The translations under genes and the position numbers were made by a program. 64,000 bases of DNA from NCBI GenBank assembly GCA_001770175.1, contig MEQK01000086.1:1521-65520 (forward strand). The letters are read 5' to 3'. Under the pieces are notes generated by a model. The model saw nothing but the letters and a program-made list of their open reading frames with translations. It did not search any database and was not told where the DNA came from. Numbering within the stretch: the first letter of the stretch is position 1; every line of letters begins with the position of its first letter. This document shows positions 26,985-35,932 of the stretch, piece by piece. Source of the stretch: Bdellovibrionales bacterium RIFOXYD1_FULL_55_31 (GTDB taxonomy: Bacteria > Bdellovibrionota > UBA1018).

Positions 26985-29077
26985 ATCGGCGCGGGATACT
27001 CGACGCGAACTTGTTCGGTGACGAATTCCCCTTTTGAATTACTGAATTTGACGGAATAGTCATATATCCCGTTCTCGGTGAGAACATCCCTCGTACCGGT
27101 TCTGGTCGCGTTCAGGGTTACGGAAATTTCGTCGTTCGTGACTTTTTGTCGATAGACCCTGATCGTTTCGGCATTTGCGATATACGGCCATTGAAGATGA
27201 ACAGTGTTGTCATCCCGTGTGGCCGTAACATTACTCGTCGCCTCGCTCTCCGGTGCTTCGATCGGAGGCGGGATCCTGTAAACACGAACGGTATTTTTCA
27301 GCGCCGAGTCTGAGGCTTCATTAGAGAAACTGATATAAAGCTTGTCGTTTCGAATGAAAACGTGCGATCCGCTTTCGAGCGGATTGGGCAAAAGGAACCG
27401 TTCGACCGTCCCGTTAGCTGAGTTCAATCGAACAAGTTCGGCGCGGTTGCTACCACTGCCTTGAAACAGATAGACCCGGTCCTCGTCGTCGACGAAGAGG
27501 TTAGTCGATGATGAATCGACAGTCCATTCGCTCGGATCGGTAGTGATCGTACCAGTTGTGATGTTGTCGAAAGCAAAAGCTTTGAGTTGTTTGGTGTCGG
27601 ACCCGACGGTTCCGAGAACATAGATTTTACTGAACGTGTCGATGGCTGTGTCGGAAACATTGGAAAAAGCAGCCCCAATCACGGACTTTGCGCTCGCGTG
27701 CACGGATCCGTTGAAGATCGTCCCATTCACTATGTTCATGGCGAAATAGGGCAGATTAAATGCATTTGACTCCAACGTCAAAAGATCGGAACCGAGGGTT
27801 GCTCGATTCAGAATTTCGTCCGACATTTCGAAAACTCGCGGCCCGTTCAGTCCATCCGCGTCGCTGCCGAAAATTTTCGAACCGAAGGTGGTAGGAAGAG
27901 AGCCGGGCTGACTGGGTCTTTCGAAGTTGTTCCAAACCGTGTTAAATCCGAAAAACGTCGTGTCAGGCCACTCGGGGTGAAGCTTAGTCATGTCATAACG
28001 AAGCATCCAATGGCGGTTCCAGTCCGTTACATAGAGCTTTTCGAGTTCATTGACGAAAAGTCCTCCGCCGGCGTTGGCTGTACCGGGAGCGCCGAAAAAG
28101 AATCGATCTTTCCAGGGTGCTTCAGTCGCGCCCTCGAATTGTCCTGTGAGTGCCAGGCAGCTCCCCTCGTGCTTCAGGCAAGTCACTTCGGTATCTCCGA
28201 CCTTGATTCTGAGCGGGGTCGATATCGAACCGCCGCTATTCGTGGCCGTAACTGTATAAACAGCTTGATCGACTGGCCCACTCGGGGTTCCGGAAATCAC
28301 CCCCGTCGTGCTGTCCAGGGTGATTCCCGGCGGCAGAGGCGGCGCTACTGAATAGGAATCGATCCCGATCGAGTATACAGGCGCCGTGGCAGTTGGGTGA
28401 TTGGCCGGGAATGTTGCCCCTTTGAGGTAGACTGCCCATGAATATTCGTAACTCAGCGCTGAAGGAGGGATCTCCTTTACGAGAAGGCTGAGGCTTTTTT
28501 GAAAGGAGCCGCCGGAGTTGACGGCGGTCACGGTAAAGACTTGCTCTTTCAGGGCCACAGTCGGCTTGCCCGAGAGAACCCCGGTACTCGCATCAAAGAC
28601 GATTCCGGCGGGAGGTGCCGGGCTGATGAGATAAGTAATTACGGCGCCTCCGCTCGGAGCGGTCGGTCCAACGGCGGTCATCGCGACTTCCCGATTCAGC
28701 ACGATCGTGCTTGGAAAGGTGAACTCCGGCGGGCGATCTACGACCGTAATCACGGTTTCACTGATCGATCCCGCCGCGTCCGTGACCCGAATGGTAGCGG
28801 TACCGAGTGAGCTCGTGGGCGCCGTGAAAATTCCGTCTTCGGTGACTTCGCCCAGTCCGGAGATCTTTGAATATTTGAACGGCGCCGCGCCTCCGATCGT
28901 CTGGAGCGTCATGCTTTGACCGACGGTGATCCGGGTGCTGGGTGAACTGATGGTCACGCCCATGCTTTCCCAAACGATGTCGGCGTTGAAGCAGGCGGGC
29001 AGGAACAGGAGCATCGCTCCAGAGGCCAGAACTCGGCGCAAAAGCAGGATATGATCACTGCGCAGCAAACGGACCAT
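26981..29077 (-). CDS. large secreted protein with putative-Ig (He_PIG-like) repeats and C-terminal beta-rich region
   Basis: Signal peptide (GAMLLFLPACFNA). Multiple motifs of the type PPLPPGITLDSTTGVISGTPSG / PAGIVFDASTGVLSGKPT characteristic of He_PIG putative Ig domains. 698 aa. Confidence 0.55.
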   Translation of the reverse strand: MVRLLRSDHILLLRRVLASGAMLLFLPACFNADIVWESMGVTISSPSTRITVGQSMTLQTIGGAAPFKYSKISGLGEVTEDGIFTAPTSSLGTATIRVTDAAGSISETVITVVDRPPEFTFPSTIVLNREVAMTAVGPTAPSGGAVITYLISPAPPAGIVFDASTGVLSGKPTVALKEQVFTVTAVNSGGSFQKSLSLLVKEIPPSALSYEYSWAVYLKGATFPANHPTATAPVYSIGIDSYSVAPPLPPGITLDSTTGVISGTPSGPVDQAVYTVTATNSGGSISTPLRIKVGDTEVTCLKHEGSCLALTGQFEGATEAPWKDRFFFGAPGTANAGGGLFVNELEKLYVTDWNRHWMLRYDMTKLHPEWPDTTFFGFNTVWNNFERPSQPGSLPTTFGSKIFGSDADGLNGPRVFEMSDEILNRATLGSDLLTLESNAFNLPYFAMNIVNGTIFNGSVHASAKSVIGAAFSNVSDTAIDTFSKIYVLGTVGSDTKQLKAFAFDNITTGTITTDPSEWTVDSSSTNLFVDDEDRVYLFQGSGSNRAELVRLNSANGTVERFLLPNPLESGSHVFIRNDKLYISFSNEASDSALKNTVRVYRIPPPIEAPESEATSNVTATRDDNTVHLQWPYIANAETIRVYRQKVTNDEISVTLNATRTGTRDVLTENGIYDYSVKFSNSKGEFVTEQVRVEYPAPI

Positions 29078-29237
29078 AGTTTTAATTATAGTAGTTTCGC
29101 CAGCGTACGTCAGTGCGTCCTTCGTGACATTCTGGCTGATTTCAAAGGCTTTTTGAGAGGTTGTATTTCAGTTGAAAATTGCGCGACGCAACAACGTGTG
29201 GTATTCGGGTGGCATCCAACGGGTCACGGGGGTGAAC

Positions 29238-30593
29238 ATGCGTAACGGGATGATGGTCGGTGCGTTCTTCGCGATGCAGGTTTCAGTTCAAGCGGCTATT
29301 CCGCCGGTCCTGCTTTCTCCGGTTTCAGACATCAAAATTGCCAATCCCAACCTGGCTCTCTCGGCAGACCTCAACGGAGACCATAAAAAAGATCTCGTCG
29401 TCTTGAACGCCGATAACGGCAGCATCTCTGTTCTGCTCGGAGATGGGGACGGTGCGTTTCAGAATTTCCAGGTAAGTCCGAACGTGACTTCAGCGGCTTC
29501 CGCCGTTCTTGAGGATTTCAATGGTGACGTGAAAGTCGATCTCGCGGTGACGGTGAATTCGCGCCTTCAGGTCTTTCTTGGAAACGGCGATGGAACCTTT
29601 CAAGGTGCGCTCGAAACTCAAATCGGTTCGAGCGCGAGTTCAATCGTGACCGGTGATTTCAACCGCGATCGATTCCCTGATCTCGCAGTCCTTACGGCAG
29701 GCACGAAGGGATTCGCGATTCTTCTCGGAAATGGAAACGGGACGTTTCTGCCCGCCGTCAATTATTCCCTCAATAGCGCGGTTTACGCGCTCGTCTCGGG
29801 CGACTGGAATCGTGATGGAATCGAAGACCTCGCGACCACGGCTTATGGCAGCAAAGTCATCCTGTCTCTTGGGAATGGCGACGGAACATTTCGCCCGGGG
29901 AGCAGCGTGCCTTCGGGGAGCGGAACTCCATACGGAATCGTGAAAGGTGATTTCAATCTCGACGGCAAGCTCGACTTCGCGATTTCCAAATATCAGCCGA
30001 ATGCCGTTCTTATTTTGACTGGAAATGGCGATGGAACCTTTCGGACCGGATCGCAAATCGGGATTTCGGGCGATGCTTATCGGGTTGTCGCGGCGGATCT
30101 GAATGTGGATGGCAGAACGGATCTTGCCGTTCCGGTCTATTCCACAAACACTGTTTCTGTTTTTCTTTCGAACGGAAACGGGAGCTTTCAACCGGCGACT
30201 CAGTTCGCGGTCGGCAATGGTCCTTTCGGCGTGCTTGCGGCCGATTTCAACGGAGATCGCAAAGCCGATCTCGTGACCGCGAATTACGGGGGCGGTTCAT
30301 TATCCGTTCTCTTGAACACTTCGCCGTACAACTGGCCCGTCAGGATCGAAGCAAATCCTCCCGTGTTTTACCCCGATCTTCAATCCGCCTATGACAACGC
30401 CCCGAGTGGGAGCATCATTAAGGCGATGGTGTTTCCGTTCCATGAAACGCTGAGCTGCCATCGCAATATCTCCGTCACCCTCAAGGGGGGCTATGATGAG
30501 GGTTACGGGAGTGTCGTCGGCATGACCACTTTACGAGGCGAACTCCTGCTTCTGAACGGGAGAGTCGTCATCGAAGGGTTCACGATCGAATAA
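29238..30593 (+). CDS. FG-GAP/VCBS repeat protein (integrin-alpha-like beta-propeller repeats), secreted
   Basis: Start at 29238 gives signal peptide MRNGMMVGAFFAMQVSVQA. At least 7 repeats of DxNGDxxxDL(V/A)V...G-x-x-x-LLGNGDGTF type (DLNGDHKKDLVV, DFNGDVKVDLAV, DFNRDRFPDLAV, DWNRDGIEDLAT, DFNLDGKLDFAI, DLNVDGRTDLAV, DFNGDRKADLVT). Confidence 0.7.
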   Translation: MRNGMMVGAFFAMQVSVQAAIPPVLLSPVSDIKIANPNLALSADLNGDHKKDLVVLNADNGSISVLLGDGDGAFQNFQVSPNVTSAASAVLEDFNGDVKVDLAVTVNSRLQVFLGNGDGTFQGALETQIGSSASSIVTGDFNRDRFPDLAVLTAGTKGFAILLGNGNGTFLPAVNYSLNSAVYALVSGDWNRDGIEDLATTAYGSKVILSLGNGDGTFRPGSSVPSGSGTPYGIVKGDFNLDGKLDFAISKYQPNAVLILTGNGDGTFRTGSQIGISGDAYRVVAADLNVDGRTDLAVPVYSTNTVSVFLSNGNGSFQPATQFAVGNGPFGVLAADFNGDRKADLVTANYGGGSLSVLLNTSPYNWPVRIEANPPVFYPDLQSAYDNAPSGSIIKAMVFPFHETLSCHRNISVTLKGGYDEGYGSVVGMTTLRGELLLLNGRVVIEGFTIE

Positions 30594-30599
30594 GCGGCT

Positions 30600-31160
30600 T
30601 CAAGCTGCCTGTCTTTTATCATCGCGTTCCCCGCCGAGAGCTGAATCGTCCGCGCGGACGGCTTTTGCGGGACTCTCGAGGATTTCAAAGCTGCTTCCCA
30701 GGAGCGCGCCAAAGACGAGGTGCATGAGAAGGAGCCACCCGATCTGCGCGGTTCCGGCAGCAGTCTCGAAAGGAGGGTCGGCGGGGAGAAAGCCGAGCAT
30801 TTGAGGGTAGCGCATCGCGAGCTGACCGATCGCGAGTCCGCTTAAAAACCAATGAAGGAGCCCGAGCGCCATGCCAAAACGCCAACCCGCGGCTCCGGTA
30901 ATTCTGAAAATGACGGCGTAAACGATTCCAAAAACTCCGCCAAAAAAAATGTGCGCGGCGAAGCCGTAGCTCCCCGCGCTGCTGGTATCGCCGTTCGCCA
31001 GCCAATCGCTCAGCCAGATACCGAGCGCCCCGATCAGGTCGACTTCAAAAACGCCGGCGCTGCTGAAGAAACCGGTGAGAAAGCTGACGAGAATGGCTCC
31101 CACCATTCCGAGGAGCATTGCTTCGAAGTAATATTTCAGTCGGGGTCTTTTCGCTCGCAT
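30600..31160 (-). CDS. hypothetical polytopic membrane protein
   Basis: 186 aa, 4-5 hydrophobic helices (LLGMVGAILVSFLTGFF; IFFGGVFGIVYAVIF; LLMHLVFGALLG). No recognisable motif. Confidence 0.4.
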   Translation of the reverse strand: MRAKRPRLKYYFEAMLLGMVGAILVSFLTGFFSSAGVFEVDLIGALGIWLSDWLANGDTSSAGSYGFAAHIFFGGVFGIVYAVIFRITGAAGWRFGMALGLLHWFLSGLAIGQLAMRYPQMLGFLPADPPFETAAGTAQIGWLLLMHLVFGALLGSSFEILESPAKAVRADDSALGGERDDKRQAA

Positions 31161-31166
31161 GTCCGC

Positions 31167-31886
31167 TCAAGGAGCAAGGAAGAGACCGTGCTTCGGCGCG
31201 TTCATGCGGGCGACGGTGAGATACCAATCATTCCAAATCGTGAGCGCAAAATCAAAATGGAGCTTCCCGATGACGGCCTTGCCGGAATTTGTTTCAGGGT
31301 CGAAGTCGCGAATTCGATGTTCGGTGACCGCTGATCCCGCGTTGAATCGGTTCGCCTTGAAGCAGGCCTCCTTAATCGTCCAGACTTGAAGTGCATGGAG
31401 GCCGAAGCGGCGTTCCTCGTGCTCGGTGATTCGCTCGAGCAGGTTCGGGATGAGCTTCCGATTTCTGAATTCGAGGTCTATTCCGATTCCTTCTTCGCGC
31501 TGGCCGTCCCGGGCGACTCGTCCAAGAGCGACGGCGAGATTCTGTGAGTGCGTGAGGCTCAGCTGAAGTTCCGAAATCGAAGATTCAGGGGCATCCTTCG
31601 ACAAACTTCCCCAGAGATCGAGCAGGCAGAGATCTCCGGCAAGTCTCTCGCGCATGCGCCGCGTATGCGCCGGGGGAGGCTGTTTCCGCGGCGGGTTTTG
31701 CCGCGGGTTCGAGAAGCCATTCAGCTGTCCGCGAAGTGCGACAAGGGCGGTCTTCGCGGTTTCGCTCAATTCCTCCCGAGCGGAATCCTCGAGGTCTCTC
31801 GACGCGACGGACCAAGTCCCGAGTTGAAGCGGATGGATCGAAATTCCAAGGGCGGCTCTGAGCGATTCCCAATCTTTTTTGAGCAT
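31167..31886 (-). CDS. 4'-phosphopantetheinyl transferase superfamily protein (Sfp-type)
   Basis: GIGIDLEF (GxDxE) and WTIKEACFKA (W..KEA..KA) PPTase signature motifs in correct order/spacing. Confidence 0.6.
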   Translation of the reverse strand: MLKKDWESLRAALGISIHPLQLGTWSVASRDLEDSAREELSETAKTALVALRGQLNGFSNPRQNPPRKQPPPAHTRRMRERLAGDLCLLDLWGSLSKDAPESSISELQLSLTHSQNLAVALGRVARDGQREEGIGIDLEFRNRKLIPNLLERITEHEERRFGLHALQVWTIKEACFKANRFNAGSAVTEHRIRDFDPETNSGKAVIGKLHFDFALTIWNDWYLTVARMNAPKHGLFLAP

Positions 31887-31945
31887 TCAGTGTTCCTGAT
31901 TTCGCATGGGCGGGGCTGAACTGCAAGCCGACAGGAGGGCTTTCG

Positions 31946-33274
31946 TCAAAAGCTGCAATAGACGTGTAGGACGTCCCCCGTGCGGCAGGTAAATCGATCG
32001 GTTATTTCTTCATTGCGAAGACGACCGTTTTCTCGAACGAGCCTGAAAAAGCGGAGAGAATCAATCCTGAACGCGGTCTTGTCCAATGACAGAAGAGGAA
32101 ATCTTACCTGGCCGTGAAGGAGGTCGCCCAGGCCGAGCAGGGAAGTGCCGTCGAAAGGAATCGACGTGTACGACTCATGCATCCAGAGATCCTCACCCAG
32201 CCGATCGAAGCGGCCTTTGCCGAAACCGCTGGTTCGAACAGTTCCATCGAGAGTCGTTACTTCGGTTAATACTGCGGCATCGCGCAATTCTCCCGAGATG
32301 AGGATAAAAAGATGGTCTTCGATCGGGCGGGGGAGCTTGCCTTCGCGGCGACATTCCGCATCACTGGCTTCGAGCATCCAGGGCTGGTCAAAAAGGATCT
32401 GCTCGCGCGCGTTCGGGTGCGGAATCTCATAGGTCGGTACGAGGTGATACCCGACGCGTTTCTTTTTTTGACGACTCGAGTGGGGGTGGTCGTCAAAAAC
32501 GTTATGGCGCGATTCATTGTAAAGAACAGGATGGTCCGTCCCCGGGAGAAACGAGCCTTCGAAATCCGATTTCGAATGGCCGATTCCGAGCCACCAGTCC
32601 CCATGGAATTTTCGGGCGACCACGTTCGAAAACGGATCGACTTCAACTTCATAGATCCATTCCACATCCACGTGTCTTCCGTAACGGGTGAGCAGGGCGT
32701 TCAGCCCGCCGCCGAGGGGCGGGAGCTTGTCTTCATTGGTGAAGTAGATCGTATAGCGGATTCGGACGTTTTCGCCCCGGCCACGAAGGGCTGAATAAGC
32801 CAACGCGAGCGGCAGGTCAGTCAAACGGTTTCGGTATTGATCCGTACGGACCACGAGAAAGGGCGAATGCCGAATCGCGAGCTGGCGATAAAACGCGGCG
32901 TTCGGGCTGGAGTCCGAATGGGTACTATCACCCGCCGGCAGCAGAGCATGCGAAAGTGAAATCAGCTGACAGGCGGGGTTCGGGTCGAGGCGAATGGCGT
33001 TGTTCGCGATCAAAAATTCTGAAGACTGGGCCGGAAGCAGGACCTGCATCTTATTGATGTACTTCAGGAGTTCGAACCGAATCTGCCTGTCAGGAAGTTC
33101 GATCGAACCCGTCAGGCCGGGAAAGGCCATCGGGTCGGGGTCGCAAACAACCTCGTAGTCAAACTGAAGGATCTGATCTGGATTCGGGGCCGCGTACACC
33201 ACGGACAAAGGTGCGGTGACAAAAAGGGCCGCGAGGCAGGAAATGCGAATCGTCCCAAATCTCTGATGACCCAT
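31946..33274 (-). CDS. secreted hypothetical protein
   Basis: Start placed at Met giving signal peptide MGHQRFGTIRISCLAALFVTAPLSVVYAAP (track ORF extends to 33349). No recognisable domain; Trp/His/Asp-rich. Confidence 0.4.
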   Translation of the reverse strand: MGHQRFGTIRISCLAALFVTAPLSVVYAAPNPDQILQFDYEVVCDPDPMAFPGLTGSIELPDRQIRFELLKYINKMQVLLPAQSSEFLIANNAIRLDPNPACQLISLSHALLPAGDSTHSDSSPNAAFYRQLAIRHSPFLVVRTDQYRNRLTDLPLALAYSALRGRGENVRIRYTIYFTNEDKLPPLGGGLNALLTRYGRHVDVEWIYEVEVDPFSNVVARKFHGDWWLGIGHSKSDFEGSFLPGTDHPVLYNESRHNVFDDHPHSSRQKKKRVGYHLVPTYEIPHPNAREQILFDQPWMLEASDAECRREGKLPRPIEDHLFILISGELRDAAVLTEVTTLDGTVRTSGFGKGRFDRLGEDLWMHESYTSIPFDGTSLLGLGDLLHGQVRFPLLSLDKTAFRIDSLRFFRLVRENGRLRNEEITDRFTCRTGDVLHVYCSF

Positions 33275-33360
33275 GATGGGCCAACTATCCCCAGGGTTAT
33301 TTCGCAAGTCAAGAAAGCAAAAGGCTTTGATATACCAGGATTTATCCATTATCCTTTTGA

Positions 33361-33948
33361 TTGATGATACAAAAAATACCGCTTATTGGCGTTGTTTACG
33401 TCCTGGGGATAGCGCTTGCGAACTGCGCACTTTGTGAAGAACCGAAAGCGGAGATGCGCCTTTCCGGAATCGCCGGCGGCATGAGTTATTCGACCGCGAT
33501 GGGCGACAACTACCAAGCCTATACGCAGCCACGCGGGGCGGTCGCCGAGGCATGGATCGCCGAGCCGCATTTGCTCGGACCTGTTTTTGATTTGCACGCG
33601 ACGGTGAATTATCTGCCCTATCAAGTTCGCGGTTTGACTGATTCGACGCTGAATCAGTGGTCATTTCTTCTCGGAATCGAGACCGGGCGCGGAGCAAACG
33701 CAAATTGGGTGAAGCCTTTTGTTTCGTTGGATATCGGCGGGGTTTATTCGAAGTTGAGCATCCCCGCTGCCGTGACGAGCCCGACCCAGAATTCGTCGTT
33801 TCTTTTCGCCGGTCAGGTGAGGGGAGGCGTGGACATTCCGATCTGGGGCAAGCTGAGTGTGCAGTTCGCATCGCCGCTGAAGGTGGTGTTTAGCGCGAAA
33901 AAATTCGTCACTCTGAATGGCGATGTCTCGCTGAGATGGGCGCTATGA
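33361..33948 (+). CDS. small outer-membrane beta-barrel-like protein (OmpW/OmpA-barrel-sized)
   Basis: Signal peptide (PLIGVVYVLGIALANCALC). Alternating hydrophobic pattern. C-terminus ...DVSLRWAL. 195 aa. Confidence 0.35.
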   Translation: MMIQKIPLIGVVYVLGIALANCALCEEPKAEMRLSGIAGGMSYSTAMGDNYQAYTQPRGAVAEAWIAEPHLLGPVFDLHATVNYLPYQVRGLTDSTLNQWSFLLGIETGRGANANWVKPFVSLDIGGVYSKLSIPAAVTSPTQNSSFLFAGQVRGGVDIPIWGKLSVQFASPLKVVFSAKKFVTLNGDVSLRWAL

Positions 33949-34457
33949 ATTCCAAGCTGACTTTTGCTTTCACGATCTTGTTGGCCGTGACTCTCTTCGC
34001 CGGATGCGGCGAAGGCAAGGATCCTTACGAAATATTCGGTAATTCGCAGGCGATTCCGACGATCGCGCTCCCGATGGACGTTTCCAACGTCGGCGGCGCG
34101 GCGATTTCGCCGGCAAAAGATCGACTGGATATCACGGTTGCCGGGACGACGGCCACGGTTCCCCTGGTTTCGCCCGTGAACGGCATCGTGACCGCGATCG
34201 ATGGCGTCGGTCCTTATACACTCACCATTTTTCATAATAGCCGTTTCAGCATTCAAATCGGTAATCTCGGGACGCTCCCGGGAGTTCGCGTCGGAGATGC
34301 CGTCATCGAGGGTCAGATTCTCGCGGCGGTGTATACGATCAGTCCCCTGATTTATTTCAGCGTCTTCCAGAACGGAGCGGCAGTGTGCCCGCTTGTCGCC
34401 TTTAACGCGACGGCGCGCGATCGAATTCGTGCCTTTACCCCCGTACCTTGTCCGTAA
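33936..34457 (+). CDS. hypothetical lipoprotein
   Basis: Lipobox LFAGCGEG after signal peptide; 173 aa; no motif recognised. Confidence 0.4.
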   Translation: MGAMNSKLTFAFTILLAVTLFAGCGEGKDPYEIFGNSQAIPTIALPMDVSNVGGAAISPAKDRLDITVAGTTATVPLVSPVNGIVTAIDGVGPYTLTIFHNSRFSIQIGNLGTLPGVRVGDAVIEGQILAAVYTISPLIYFSVFQNGAAVCPLVAFNATARDRIRAFTPVPCP

Positions 34458-35920
34458 CAGGCGATTTTATGCCGGCTGGTTGTTCGAGCCCACTTTCAGG
34501 ATCTTCGGAAGAGAAGGAAAGCGTCCTGTCTCGTATTGCCCTCCAGTTCACGAGCTGGAGTGAACGGTATATTCCGGATGCATATATTTTCGCTTTGCTC
34601 GCAACGCTTTTCATTTTTGCCGTGAGCATGACCGTTGCTCCCGCGGACATCGTGTTGACGAGCTGGGGAACGGGATTTTGGGAGCTGATTCCGTTCACGA
34701 TGCAGATGTCCCTGATCATCATCACGGGGTATGTGCTCGCGACGGCGAAGCCGGTGTTCTTGCTCATCGTGCGGCTCGCGGAGTTGCCGAAATCCCCGAG
34801 GGGCGCGGTGCTGCTCGTCGCGCTTTTTTCGATGCTCACTTCCTGGTTCAACTGGGGGTTCAGCCTGATCATCAGCGCGATTCTGGCGAGGGAGGTCGGA
34901 AGGCGCAATTCACGCGCTGATTACCGCGCGCTCGCGGCCGCGAGCTTTCTCGGCCAGGGGAGTATGTGGGCGCAGGGGCTTTCAGGTTCGGCTAATCTGC
35001 AGATGTGCACGAAAGAAGCGCTGCAGCCGGGAATACGCGAAGTCGTCGCGCGCGGCGGGTTGATTCCATCCGGTCTTATCGGCTTGGAACATACGGTTTT
35101 TCTTTGGCAGACTTTGCTGACCGTTGTCGTCGAAATCGTGCTGGTCGGGCTGGTGGTCTGGTGGTTCGCGCCCAGTGAGGCTTTCGCGAAGAACGCGAAA
35201 GCCTTGAATATCAACCTGGGTGAGTTTGAAGCGGTTGATTCGAAGAGCGAGAGTTTGCGAAAGAAAACCCCGGGGGAATGGCTGGAATATTCCCCTTTGT
35301 TGAATATCCTGATCGGCGGCATTGGCCTTCTCTATCTTCTCGTGACTCTGGCCAGGGCGCCGAGCCTGATTTCGGGGATCACGCTGAATAACCTGAATTT
35401 CTTCTTCATGATGATCGGTATTCTGCTCCATTGGACGCCTCATCGCCTGATGCGGGCATTCAAAGATGCGACTCCTTCGGTCTGGGGCGCGATTCTGCAG
35501 TTTCCTTTTTATGCCGGAATCGCGGGGATGATCACAGGAACCGGCCTGAACGAGAAAATCGCCGGCTTTTTCGTCTCGATTTCGAATCAGGTGACTTTCG
35601 CGCCGATTATCGCCATTTACTCGACGATTCTCGGGGTGTTCGTCCCGTCCGGCGGTTCGAAGTGGGTGATCGAAGCTCCGTACGTGCTCACGGCGGCCCA
35701 CGATCTGAAGGTGCACCTGGGGTGGGTCGTTTCGGTCTACAATCTCGGCGAAGCGCTCGCGAACCTGATCCAGCCTTTCTGGATGGTTCCGGTCCTCGCG
35801 ATACTCGGTCTCAAGGCGCGCGACGTGATGGGCTACACCGCAGTCGTGTTCCTGGTTCTGCTCCCGGCCGTTTTGATCATGGTGACGGTCCTCGGGATGA
35901 CGCTTCCTTACCCGTTATGA
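34448..35920 (+). CDS. short-chain fatty acid transporter (AtoE family)
   Basis: 490 aa polytopic membrane protein; N-terminal region (TSWGTGFWELIPFTMQMSLIIITGYVLATAKP) and overall length match AtoE/SCFA transporter family. Confidence 0.65.
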   Translation: MSVTGDFMPAGCSSPLSGSSEEKESVLSRIALQFTSWSERYIPDAYIFALLATLFIFAVSMTVAPADIVLTSWGTGFWELIPFTMQMSLIIITGYVLATAKPVFLLIVRLAELPKSPRGAVLLVALFSMLTSWFNWGFSLIISAILAREVGRRNSRADYRALAAASFLGQGSMWAQGLSGSANLQMCTKEALQPGIREVVARGGLIPSGLIGLEHTVFLWQTLLTVVVEIVLVGLVVWWFAPSEAFAKNAKALNINLGEFEAVDSKSESLRKKTPGEWLEYSPLLNILIGGIGLLYLLVTLARAPSLISGITLNNLNFFFMMIGILLHWTPHRLMRAFKDATPSVWGAILQFPFYAGIAGMITGTGLNEKIAGFFVSISNQVTFAPIIAIYSTILGVFVPSGGSKWVIEAPYVLTAAHDLKVHLGWVVSVYNLGEALANLIQPFWMVPVLAILGLKARDVMGYTAVVFLVLLPAVLIMVTVLGMTLPYPL

Positions 35921-35932
35921 TCAGGGTTGCGT

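Noticed and set aside
34982-35716. 244-aa minus-strand ORF inside the AtoE transporter gene
   Set aside because: Arg/His-rich antisense translation; the plus frame is a coherent polytopic membrane protein.
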